Part shown: positions 14,345 to 26,900 of the stretch, piece by piece
How the letters are laid out: each line of letters begins with the position of its first letter
How positions within the stretch are numbered: the stretch's first letter is position 1
Origin: the human T2T-CHM13v2.0 reference genome, Homo sapiens
Direction: 5' to 3' (one strand)
DNA length: 64,000 bases
Assembly: GCF_009914755.1 (NCBI RefSeq)
Contig: NC_060941.1
Translations under genes and position numbers: made by a program
Notes under the pieces: generated by a model
Seen by the model: the letters and a program-made list of their open reading frames with translations, nothing else
Told to the model about the DNA's origin: nothing
Databases searched by the model: none

Positions 14345-15180
14345 TTTTTTAAAACACTTCTAAATTTGAAATTATTTCGCACTCAAAGAAGAGTGGCCAA
14401 GATAGTACTGAGAATACTGATGAACATTTTCCCCAGCTTCCCCTCACGTGAACATATTATATAACCATCGTCCATTTGTCAAAACTAAAAAATTCACATT
14501 GGTACAAAACTGCACTTTATTCTGATTTCACCAGTTTTTTTCACTGATGTCCTTTTTTCTGTCCCAGGATTTAATCTAGGACCTACAATTTTGCATTTAG
14601 TCATCATGCCTCCTTAGTCTCTTCCAATGTGTGACAGTTTCTCAGTCTCCTTGTTTTTCATGACTTTGACACCTTTGAAGAATGCTACTCAGGTATTTTA
14701 TAAGATACCCCTCAATTTGGGTTAATCCAAAATTTTCTTATGATTGGGCTGGTGTTATGGAGTTTGGGGAAAAGTTCTACCATAGAGGAAAATAGTGTTT
14801 CTGATTCCAGCATACACAATGTGTGTAAAGAGTGTATACAATGTTAGCATGACTTATTACTGGTGATATTAACCCTGGTCACTTGGTTAAGGCGTTTCTG
14901 CCAGATTTCTCCACTATAAAGGCAGCACTTTCTCCTGTTCACACTCTATTCATTAGGAGCAAGTTATTAAATCCTACCCTCACCCAGGAAGAAGGAATTA
15001 GACTTCCTCTCTTGAAGGGAGGAGTCTCAAGGAATTTAATCCACTGTAGTTAATTCAGACTATGGGGAGTTTCTTGGATGTTATACAAATATACTGTTTC
15101 TTCTTAAGTCTTTGGCCACTAATTTCAGCATTCATCAGTAGATCACACCTGCAATAATCATTATTCTGCTGCCTTCACGA
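14345..15180 (-). mobile_element. L1MC-type 3' end
   Basis: gtcccaggatttaatctagg...tgcatttagtcatcatgcctccttagtctc...tttttcatgactttgacacctttgaaga, the L1MC 3' UTR signature. Confidence 0.8.
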
Positions 15181-15265
15181 CCTTTCATACATTTTTAAGT
15201 TGACATCGAAAATTTTCTTCTTAAGTTTAAATCTTTGTATATTCGTATACTACCTGAATTTCAGC

Positions 15266-15267
<2 letters not shown>

Positions 15268-15301
<34 letters not shown>

Positions 15302-15312
15302 TGCGTGTGTGT
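15268..15312. repeat. (TG)n microsatellite
   Basis: Direct reading. Confidence 0.95.
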
Positions 15313-15339
15313 TTCCCTCAGAATCTTAGAGTTGCATAT

Positions 15340-15600
15340 TTATACATATCTAATGTATGGAAAAATATCTGCCATATAATCTAACTGGCAAAACCAGTCT
15401 TCACAGTAAAAATCAACCATGCAGGGAAGCATATTTTTTCTGTCAGAAAAAAAAACTGGCTTCATTTTAATTAAGATAAACATTTTAATACACATCTCTG
15501 TCACAAACTTCTCACCTCCAAATTCTAATGCATGGAAAGACAGACAGATGTATAGCCATAGCACAAAACCTTCTCATGAATTCGTTCCCTGGATATACTA
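15340..15600 (-). mobile_element. Charlie/hAT transposase remnant (central region)
   Basis: The translation contains EDWFCQLDYMADIF, matching the WL..LAY.ADIF block of Charlie/ZBED5-type hAT transposases. Confidence 0.7.
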
Positions 15601-15746
15601 AGGTGCTGTCTTTTTCCCTTTTACTCTTTTTTTTTTTTTTTTTTTTTTTTGGCATTCATCACAATGCCTTTAATTTTACTTATTTTTTTTAAATTATCTT
15701 TTGAAGTTTTTGTGAGTACATAGTAGGTATATATATTTATGGGGTA

Positions 15747-16103
15747 TATAGTTTGTCTCTGTGTCCCCACCCAAATCTCATCTTGTATCTCCCATAACTC
15801 CTACGTGTTGTGAGAGGGACCCGATGGGAGATGATTGAATCACGGGGGCGGGGCTTTCCTGTGCTGGTCTCATGATGGTGAATGGGTCTCACGAGATCTG
15901 ATGGTTTTAAAAACGGGAGTTTCTCTGCACAAGCTCTCTTTGCCAGCTGCCATCCACATAAGATGTGACTTGCTCCTCCTTGGCTTCCTCCATGATTGTG
16001 AGGCCTCCCCATGTGGAACTGTAAGTCCAATAAACCTGTTTCTTTTGTAAATTGCCCAGTCTCGGGTATGTCTTTATCAGCAGCATAAAAACGAACTAAT
16101 ACA
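15747..16103 (+). mobile_element. THE1A/B solo LTR
   Basis: THE1 consensus motifs with a 5-bp TSD gggta (15742-15746, 16104-16108). Confidence 0.9.
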
Positions 16104-16383
16104 GGGTACATGAGATATTTTGATACAGGCATGCAATGTGAAATAAGCACATCATGGAGAATGGGGTATCTATCCCCTCATGCATTTATCCTTTGTGTTA
16201 CAAACAATCCAGTTACATTCTTTATTTTAAAATATGCAATTCAGTTATCATTGACTATAGTCGCCCTATTATGCTATCAAAGAGTAGGATTTATTCTTTT
16301 GTTTTATTATTTTTGTACCCATTAACTATCCCCATCTCCCCCTATATCCCTCCACTACTCTTCCCAGGCTGGTAACAACCTTT

Positions 16384-16806
16384 TTTTTTTTTGGACGAAG
16401 TCTCGCTTTGCTGCCAGGCTAGAGTGCAGAGGCGCAATCTTGGCTAACTGCAATCTCCGCCTCCCGGGTTCACGCCATTCTCCTGCCTCAGCCTCCTGAG
16501 TAGCTGGGACTACAGGCGCCTGCCACCACGCCCGGCTAATTTTTTGTATTTTTTAGTAGAGACGGGGTTTCACCGTGTTAGCCAGGATGGTCTCGATCTC
16601 CTGATCTCGTGATCCGCCCGCCTCGGCCTCCCAAAGTGCCGGGATTACAGGCGTGAGCCACTGGGCCCGGCCAATTTTTGTATTTTTAGTAGAGACGGGG
16701 TTTTACCATATTGGCCAGGATGGTCTCGAGTTCTTGACCTCGTGATCTGCCCGCCTCGGCCTCCCAACGTCCTGGGATTACAGGCCTGAGCAACCCCGCT
16801 CAGCCT
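16384..16806 (-). mobile_element. Trimeric Alu (left-left-right), AluSc/AluY chimera
   Basis: An extra left monomer at 16673-16805. The whole unit lies within TSD gtaac(a/c)accttt (16372-16383, 16807-16818). Confidence 0.9.
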
Positions 16807-18829
16807 GTAACCACCTTTCTACCCTCTATGTCCATGAGTTCAATTGTTTTTATTTTTAGATCCCACAAGTAAGTGAGAACATGCAATGTTTATGTTTTTG
16901 TGCCTGGCTCATTTCACTTAACATAATGATCTCCAGTTCCATCTATGTTGTTACATATGACTGGATCTCATTCTTTCTTTCTTTCTTTTTTTTTTTAATG
17001 GCGGAATAGAACTCCATTGTGTATATGTACCACATTTTCTTTATCCATTCCTCTGTTCACAGACATTTAAGTTGCTTCCAAATCTTAGCTATTGTAAACA
17101 GTGCTGCAACAAATAAGGTGTGCAGATGTCTCTTCAATATACTGATTTCCTTTGTTTTCGGTATATACCCAGCAGTAGGATTGCTGGGTTATATGGTAGC
17201 TCAATTCTTAGTTTTTTGAGGAACCTCAAAACTGTTCTCCATAGTTGTACTAATTTACATTTCTACCAAAAATGTACAAAGCTTGTCTTTTGGATATAAG
17301 TCATTTTAACTGGAATGAGATGATAGCTCATCGTAGCTCTGGTTTGCATTTCTCTGATGATCAGTGATGTTGAGCATCTTTTCATATGCCTGTTTGCCAT
17401 TTGTATGTCTTCTTTCAAGAAATGTCTATCCAAATCTTTTGCCCATTTTTTGGATGGGATTATTAGATTTTTTCCTATAGAGTTGTTTGAGCTCCTTATA
17501 TATTCTGGCTATTAATATCTTGTCGGAGGGGTAGTTTGCAAATATTTTCTCCCATTCTGTGGGCTCTCTTTCACTTTGTTGATTGTTTGCTTTGCTGTGC
17601 AGAAGCTTTTTAACTTGATATGATCCCATTTGTCCATGTTTGCTTTGGTTGCCTGTGCTTGTGGGGTGTTGCCAAGAAATCTTTGCCCAGCCAATGTCCT
17701 AGAGAATTTCCCCAAGATTTTCTTGTAGTAGTTTTATAGTTTGCGGTTCTAGACTTAAGTCTTTAATCCATTTTGATTTGATTTTTGTATATGGTGAGAG
17801 ATGGGGGTCTGGTCTCATTGCTTTGCATACAGATATCCAGTTTTCCCAGTACCATTTATTGAAGAGACAGTCTTTTCCCCAGTGTACATTCTTGGCAACT
17901 TCGTGGGAAATGAGTTCACTGTAGGTGTGTGGATTTGTTTCTGGGTTCTCTATTCAGTTCCATTGTTACGTGTCTGTTTTTATGCCAGTCCCCTGCTGGT
18001 TTGGTTATTATAGCTCTGTAGTATAATTTGAAGTCAGGTAATGAGATTCCTCCAGTTTTGTTCTTTTTACTTAGGGATAGCTTTGGGTATTTCCTTTTAC
18101 CCTTTCTTACAAAGTGTTTGTTTTTAGAAAACACACACTCAGGAATGATCAAAAGCGCTTGCTTTTTTTTTTTTTTTAATTATTTTTCGGAGTAATGTTC
18201 CACAGTAAGATTCAGAATCAGTACCAGGAATGCCTTTCTTTTGTAAACCAGAAAAAATGCAAAAACGGAAGTGGAAAAGAAGAACTGGAAGTCCACAAAT
18301 GCCTTCTCAAGCATCTTTTTAAGGAAAGTGGTCAAAAGGAGTTTGTGTATCTGGAAGTTGAGTTCTTTAAAGCTTCTTATGCTCACATATACTCTGGAAA
18401 ATCTTGTGACCCCAGGGTATGTATGGCAATGCACTATATCAATAACGTGCTCTAAATTATTGGAGATCTAAACAATCCTCTTATTTGAGCAAAAATAGAT
18501 GTATTTGCTTGTCTCCCAAGATATTTGACAAAAGTCATCAAGCATTCTATTATCAAAAATTATTTTAATTGATGTATCACCTGGCTATTCACCTAGTTTC
18601 TGTTATAATTTGGCTGGAAGAGAACGTGGAGAGAGGTGTGATAAGATCCTTATGGCAAGGTAATTGAAAAGTAAAGAGCACTGAAAGTCTTTGCAGATAA
18701 CAGCATTCTTGGGGAGGAGCATTCCTGTACCGTTGAGATTTTGGTTGGTTCTTTTCAAATCCTCAGTTCTGCAAAAAAACATAAAAGTTACTTCTATGTG
18801 AGCCCCCAAAGGATATCACCAAGATATCT

Positions 18830-19370
18830 TTCCATTTAAAAAAAGTAAGATACAAATTTAATTTTAAATTTTCTTTTACCAAAAGACTATGTGATCCAAC
18901 GTTCTGCAGTATTGGGTTATCATTATAATTATTATTCACAATTTCTCAAAAACATGCATATCATATAAATGTTAATATGTAAATATTAAACATTAAAATT
19001 AAATTTTATTGGAAATGTGTATCTTAATGAGGTGAATTGAAGTTTATTTTTCTTTTAGTTCACTTATTTATGAATGAATATTGCTAATTGCTGGAATAAG
19101 ATAACTCTTAGAACAATATCTGTTCCTTTTTTTCATTTATATATACCTAAATATCGAGAAAACTAACTTACACAAATAAGTAAATAGGAATAGAATGTTA
19201 TTGTACTGTTACTAAATTATTTATGTTTCTCCCAAGATATTTGGCAAAAGTCACAAAGCATTCTATTACTAAAAATTCTTTTAACTGATGCATCAGCTGG
19301 CAATTCAACTAGTTTATCTTATAATTTGGCTGAAAGAGAAAATTAGAAACCATTTGACTCGATGGTTTTC
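18830..19370 (-). mobile_element. Charlie/hAT transposase C-terminal (dimerisation-domain) remnant
   Basis: The decayed minus-strand translation LSAKL*DKLVELPADASVKRIF...LCDF...TYLC..SFL...SH* resembles the hAT C-terminus, ending ctcattaa near 19004. Confidence 0.65.
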
Positions 19371-19679
19371 TAATTGTTAGCATCATTCACCTTCTCAACA
19401 GGGACACTGTCATTTTAGTAATCTCACTGTGTGTCATTCCAGATGTTTTTATACCCAGAGCCATGCTAATGGTAAGATTCATAAGGGGGTGAGGAGTGAC
19501 TGCAGTTTATTAGGTGGGAGAAGAGTTGTTACAAAAGAAGCATTGGGAAGCAAGAATCTGCACGTTCATCATTGAAACATCCTCAAATCTAGTGATTTTA
19601 GCAAAGCATGCATAGGAAATTGAGGGCTTAGGAGTCTGTTTCCTTATGATTGTTTACCTCTTGGATACGTTTGATATAG

Positions 19680-21160
19680 CCTGCTCTAATAACTGCCTGT
19701 TGAGGGTGCCTGACTCTCCCAGTTTTCCTCCTTCCCTCCCTGATCATCCCTTTTAAATTTCTTTTGCAGGCTTTTCCTCACCCCTGAATGCTCCAACCAG
19801 TCCTCAGAAAGCTACATTCTTTCTCCTGGGGATCTCATCCATTTCCATGGCTTAACTACCACCAATAGGTTGAACTACCACCAATAGGTTGACAGCACCC
19901 AGAGATTTTTTTTTTCTATAGTGGGATCTTTTGGTGAGCACTCAATTCATATAACAAACTCTCTCCATAACGTCCCTAGTGAGATGTCTAGCAGACATCT
20001 TAAACTTAACTTGTCCTAAACCAAACTTCTAACCTGCTCCCTGATATGGTTTGGCTCCATCCTCTCCCAACTCTCATCTTGAATTGTAGCCCCCATAATT
20101 CCCATGTGTTTTGGAAGGACCCAGTGAGGGATAATTGAATCATGGGGGCGATTTTCCCCATACTGTTCTTGTGATAGTGAATCAGTCTCATGAGATCTTA
20201 TGTTTTTATAAGGGGTTTCTGCTTTTGCTTGGTTCTCATTCTCCCTTGTCTGCCACCGTGTAAGACGTGCCTTTGGCCTTCCGCCATGATTTTGAGGCTT
20301 CCTCTGCCACACAGAACTGTGAGTCCCTTAACTTCTTTTTATTTATAAATCACCCAGTCTCAGGTATGTCTTTATCAGCAGCGTGAAAACGGACTGTTAC
20401 ATTCCCCCTCCCTAATTTTCTTCTTCCGTAGTCTTCCCCATGAAAGTTAATTTGGAGTCATTCTTTAGCTACCAGCCAATGCTGTTGGCTCTACCTTCAA
20501 TTTCCAAAATTTGGTCTCCAATACTATCTCTTATGGGTTGTTCCTGATACCGCAGCCTAATGAATTCTTTAAAAACACACCAGAGAAGAGAAGAACCCTC
20601 CAGCACCGATTTTTTTTCTCTGTCTCTCAAAAAGTAAAAGACAAACTCCTTAAAATTTCCACAATCCCATACGTGGTTGGTCCCTACTTTTCTAAAGTCA
20701 TTCTGGACTGTTCTGCTCACTCACTCCATTCCAACTCCACTGGCCTGCTCAGGCACGTCAGGTGGGCTCCTCCCTCCAGACCTTGCCATTGGCCATTCCT
20801 TCAACCGGGATTCTTATTATCCAACGTATTTATATGGCTTATTCCATCCCCATCCTCTTCTTCAGGTCTTTGCTCAAATGGTCAACTGTGAGGTCTTCTC
20901 CAACTCCCAATTGAGTATTGTATCCCATCCCTCCTCTACACTCCTAATTCCTCATTCTTGTATCATTTTCTCTATAGCACTTTTCATTCATGATGTTCTG
21001 CATGCTTTACTTGTTTATTATTATATTACATTTTCTGTTTTCCTTCACTGTGTCTCCTATGAGGAGAGCTATTTTTGTCTGCTGTATCTCTAGGGCCAAG
21101 AACAATGACTGGGCTCATAGTAAAAATTCAATAAATATGTGTTGAGTGATAAGTAAATGA
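19680..21160 (+). mobile_element. L2a 3' region (interrupted by THE1)
   Basis: gatctcatccatttccatggctt...gacatcttaaacttaac...ttcaataaatatgtgttgagtga, the L2 3' end. Confidence 0.8.
20042..20401 (+). mobile_element. THE1C/D solo LTR
   Basis: TG...CA termini with TSD ctccc/ttccc. Confidence 0.9.
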
Positions 21161-21954
21161 GACAACTATGCCACTAAATTGTAAAATGTAATAATGTTCC
21201 TGGAGGGTTTTTCTCCAGGGTTTTGTATTCTGCTGTCTCAGCATAGATTCTGCATTTTCTTCTGCAGTTAAGACATTTCAGAGATTTGCAACTCATTAAT
21301 TCTCAGAAAAGAATAAAAGATTTGGAATATTTTCTTTTTAATTATTCCTGATGAGGTTTGAGAGATGAGCCATCCTGCAAGTGCAGTCAGCATATTCTTT
21401 TGGGACATCCACTAAGCTATGTATATAAGTATTTTTTTTTTCTTGCTTTCCTTAACCCTGTTTTGTCCCAGATCAAAAATACTGACCCTGAGACTTGCTT
21501 CCCCTATTGGGTCAGCTGCCCTGCTTCCTCATCTCGTTTGCTGATGCAGACTCCAGTCTGCTGCTCTAGTCTGTGTTCCAGGAAGAGTTGGCTCCTCTCC
21601 TTGAGGAATTGGGGGCCTGGATGAGGAGTAACCCTGTGTTTGCAGCCAGATGTCTGGTCACATCTTCCCGCTAGGTCAGCATGGTGGGGCATGCAAAGTC
21701 CAAGCTGATGTGCTTGACTCCAAAGCAGAAAACATTGTGACTTTATAGTCCCTATGAGTTATCTAGATTAACTGAGAACCCTAATTCTTGCCTTGGTTTC
21801 AAGGCCCCTCAAGGTCCTCTATTTGGAGAAACTAAATTACTCTTAATGGGGCTTTGCATAGGAAGTTGTTTTCTGTCCACTGAAAAATAGGCCACGGTCC
21901 CCTTTTCCACTCCTCTCTCCACGCACACTCTCACACACACCCCACACTCAGGAA

Positions 21955-22200
21955 AGGCATGGTGTGGTATTTAAACATCCAGAGTGAGACCATCAGGGTG
22001 TGAAACTGGTTCTATCATTTACAAACTGTAAGGACAATGAGCAAGTAGATTAATCTCTCTGTGCATGAGTTTTCTCATTTGAAAAATGAGAACATTCTAC
22101 TTATCTGGTAGAATTGTAATAAATTAAATAATACATTATAAGCACTTGGAACTATTCCTGACAGTAATGCTAAATCAATGTTAGTTATTATTTTTATGAT
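21955..22200 (+). mobile_element. MIR
   Basis: Core gagcaagtagattaatctctctgtgcatgagttttctcatttgaaaaatgag. Confidence 0.75.
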
Positions 22201-22354
22201 CCCAATTTGAATTGTATTATAGGAAATTACACATTACCCATATCTCCTGTAGTCAAGGCAACTAGGCCACCAAACCTTCCAATGGTGAAAGTTCCCAGTT
22301 GGCAGACGGGATCATCCTGGTGCTGATTTAAGTCTAGCATTCATTCACCACCTT

Positions 22355-22590
22355 GGCAGTGGTATGGTTAAAAGTCAGAATTCTTGGCTTCCAGTCTTTT
22401 TTTCTGCCACTACCCAGCTCTGTGAACTCAGGCAAGTTACCTAACCTCCTATGCCTTGTCTTCCTGATCTGTAAAATGGAGGTAATAATAGTGACTCACA
22501 AGGTTGTCGAGAATATTAAATGAAATAATATATGGAAAGGGCCGTATCATCAACACTGCAAACCTAACATAAGGAGCCCATTGTTTTCCA
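22355..22590 (+). mobile_element. MIR
   Basis: Core ggcaagttacctaacctcc...ctgtaaaatggaggtaataatag. Confidence 0.75.
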
Positions 22591-23174
22591 TTTCCAGGTT
22601 CCTCTGGTTCCATTTGCTGCCCTTTTCTTAGTGTATCTGGACTGCTTGGATCCTTCCTTATGACCTTTTCACTTCTTGGCTCTCTCAGATGACTGGGGTC
22701 AAGAGGATACAGAATAGCACGCAAGGAGTCCTGGGTTCTCCATAAAACCAACAGTTCTAAGTCCTGGTTTGCTGGAAGCTGGAGAGATATTAATGCTAAA
22801 CTCTGCCTACTTCTCATGCACCTGGCAACTGCTTTCAGTCATGGAATCCAGGAGAATTTCTAGCTCTATGTGCCCAGCTGAGGTGGAAGAGAATGGTAGC
22901 AACTGGGGAAGTGGCCAAAGAAGGAGACTGTACTCAAGCCCACATGGTCTTCCTACACTTTGTTCCACCATTGAGCCAGGCACTTCCATCATATAAAAGA
23001 GGCCCCTTTTCACTGAACCATTGGCCCTGCTCTATTCTTCAAACTGTTTGTCTTTTCTTCTCTAGTTTTCCAGATTCTGAACTTTCTACTCTTTCTTCTA
23101 TTTTATTCTTTGGACTTAGATGTCCGTTTCTCTTTTCCTAATGACAAGCCATAATTTAGAATTAAGCATATGTA

Positions 23175-23273
23175 CATGTGCCACATTTTCTAACCTGCAC
23201 GCTGTGCACATGTACCCTAGAACTTAAAGTATGATCAAAAATAATAAATAAATAAATAAATGAATTTAAAAAA
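23175..23273 (+). mobile_element. Minimal 5'-inverted (twin-primed) L1PA insertion, 99 bp
   Basis: TSD agaattaag(c/g)atatgta at 23158-23174 and 23274-23290. An inverted L1 piece catgtgccacattttc is followed by the L1PA terminus taacctgcac...ttaaagtat and an A-rich tail. Confidence 0.85.
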
Positions 23274-23473
23274 AGAATTAAGGATATGTAAACTTAATAT
23301 GTATAAAACAAGGATAACTTTATCTGCTCTTATAAATTTTGTAGCACTTATCAGCAAAACTATCTGTGTCTGAGGCTTTTTGAGTGTAAAGGATTTAATT
23401 ATTATTACTGTTTTTTGTGTGGGTCAATTTTGGCATTTCGGATAATTTTTCTAGAGGTATATTTATCTAATTT

Positions 23474-23929
<456 letters not shown>

Positions 23930-26900
23930 TACTCTAGGGTTTCTTCTCTTTTGTTTCCATTGTTGATGAGCATTAACTCAATATGACTCATGCATATATT
24001 TATTTTGTACTATCAATTAAGGTTAGAATTTCTATGTTTTGTCCTAAAATGGTTAAATTCCTGGACCGACTCTTCTACCTCTGTCTGTTCTCTCCTCCTG
24101 CTCCCTCCTTGTTGATATCTTGAGTTTAGCTCTGGAATGTTATAAATAAATTTATTGGTGTGCTGGGATGGGGTGTTACCGGTTACTTAAACAAAAATAA
24201 ACTGTACTGAGTTATCCACTTACTCTCACTTCCTGTATCATTTTGCTTCCTCTGGCATTATTTTTCTCTAGTGGTTTAATGCTTCCTCCAAGAATGTTCC
24301 AACAAAGTATTTGTTTGGTAAACTTTGAAAGGTCTTGGATGCTAAGAATATTTTTATTTCAGTGTCATTCAAATGATAGTTTATTGGTATAAAATTCTAG
24401 CTTCAGAGTTTCTTTTTTTCTTCCACACAACCACAGTATTACCTATTATCATCTCATATCTAATAATCCTGTTGAAAGACCTTTAATAATATGGTCTTCG
24501 TACTTTCCTGGTTCTGCTTGTCTTCTAACAATGTGTTTCAGTTTTCTTTATGTATCTGATGATCTGACGTTTCGTGACAGGGTGATTAAATGTGATTTCA
24601 TTTTTCATATCTCTCCTGCTTAGTGCTTTATGCACTTTAATTTTGAATCTTCCATCTTTAGTTCTAGAAATGTCAGTTAATATGTCTTCAAATATTCCCT
24701 CCCTTCCTTTTATTTTGTCCTGCCTAAGAGGGCCTATTCTATTATTTGGACACTCCTCTTTTAATCTTCCAAGCCTCTCAAATTTTTAAAAATTTATTCT
24801 TATCTGTTTATTATTTTCTGGGGCTTTGTGGGTGAGTTCCCTGATTGGACTAACGGGCTTCCCAGTTCGTTTCTCAGCAGAACCCGTTCAGTCATCCAGC
24901 CCCTGTGTGGGGTTCTTTAACTATTCAATCTTTTATTACATCAACTCTCTAATTGGCTCTTTTTCTATTTTATATTTCTAATATGTCTTATTTTCTCTTT
25001 GCCTATTATAATTTTTATTGTTTAATCTATTCTTATTTCTCTGGGATGACTGTACAGTTGTCATTCATTTCTAAATCTTGCACTCTGCAGAATATTTCTA
25101 CTTTTCCCTCTGATCTTACAGTGTCATGACTTGTAGGGAGTATCTGGGGGGGTTGGGAGGAGGGGAAAAGCTCAGGCCCTAGCCTATGCTCTTTGCAGAG
25201 GTATGGGAGGGTAGAGGGTAGAGAAGGCTCTGGGACTGGCCTGCCCATCTCTTCCTAAATCAGGCTGCAGTGCAGCCTTGATGTTTCTCTGCCACTGCCT
25301 ATTCCAGGGGCCCTGCAGTTTTTACTGTCCCATGTATTTTGCAGGAGAGAGAAAGCAGTATACCTGGAACATTCCTTGCAGTCTAACATGAGCTTTCCTT
25401 TCTAACCTGTCCTCTTTCCATAGCTGTCTTCCCATTACACATGGCTGTGTGCTGCTTGAGTGTGCATTCCTCTTACCTCCTCCAAAACCAACCCCCTAGC
25501 CACCTTCTGCTGCTTCAAGAGTTTCTCAAAGGTGTGTTTCTTTTTCTTTCTTTCTATTTTGGTGTATGCATCAGTACTGGGATTATTGAAATGCATGTCA
25601 AATCTGTAACATCTCTAGGTTTGGCTTTAAGAGAGGAAGACAGGCCCTGATGCCAAGCTGCCATCTTATCTGACACTTGCAATTCTGCTTTAGTTCTGTA
25701 TCTTAAGACGGAGCTTGTGGCTGGGAAGATGGGATCCAGGAATGGGTGTGGAGTGTGCCCCAGACGACCCCAGAATGTTCGAGGGGCAGGTCTCATATTT
25801 TCTATTTTGATGTCTCAGAAACTGCCATGAGCTGCTAGAGGCTTCTGTTCTCTTTTCTCTAATTTTCTTCATTGTCAACTGTGACCCTGTTGATTTCTAT
25901 GGATATCTACATTGTCCTATCCAGAGTGACTCTAGAACTACCCATGTGTGACAAATACATCACATAAACAGTAGGAGTCTCTTCTGGGTGTGCATAGGTC
26001 CTCTTTTGACACCAACTTTCTCTTTAGCTTCTCAATTAAGAGCATCAAATGTATGGCATTCAGGTCACGATCACTCTAAAACTTGTGTTCATTGAACGCC
26101 ATCAGTACTTAACCTTTGATTCTTGCTAGATTTTTCTATATCATGAAAGATAAGCTAATGAATGCTAATGAAGCTAATGAATGAATTACTTAATATAGGA
26201 ATGAATAAGTGCATTAATAAAATGCTATTTGCTGTAGTATTGCTTCCCAGAGGATTATATCATTTTATGAATTGTTGGTTATAGCCTTAAAACCTAAGGA
26301 AAATTTCACTCTCATCCTGGAACATGCTCCTTCAAGATCGTCCATAAGTTGCCTGTGGAGCATCTGCAACCTTTTCTTGATTTTAAAATGTTTAGTTCAT
26401 TTAATCATGAATTCAGTATTCAGCATTTTCTCAGTGAAGATATAATGATGGCAACTCTATGTTTTTGTTCACTCCATTCTCTTTATTTGGGTCCCCCTCT
26501 ACTTCTCAGAGTTCATCCAGACTCCCCCATTTTCTGAGGTTGGCACATAATCCCCTTGGGGTGAGATGTTCAGTAACACAGGGGACTGTCGAGTCCCCAA
26601 GCCGCTCTGTGTTCCCAGGAGCCCTCCGTGTGCCAGGGCAGGAGTGGAGAGCTGGCCACGTCCTCTTCTCTGTTATTCTTTGCTTTAAGCACACAAAAAC
26701 AGTTCTGCTTCATCTATTTCTTGCTGGGAGTTCAGAGCCATATATTCCCATTTAACATCTCTCAGCCTCCTTGTAATTCAGATAAATCCAAGTGAGAGTC
26801 ATCATGCTATACTCCATTCATCCATTTATTCATTCCAGAAACCACTTACTGAACCTTCTAGGTGTTAGCCATTGGGTCAGCTCTATAGGATACAATGATG

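Larger units (their letters stand above)
15670..18090 (-). mobile_element. L1MA1-3-type 3' portion, hosting THE1 and Alu insertions
   Basis: 3' UTR catgagatattttgatacaggcatgcaatg, plus ORF2 C-terminal peptides ([34 protein letters not shown]). Confidence 0.9.
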
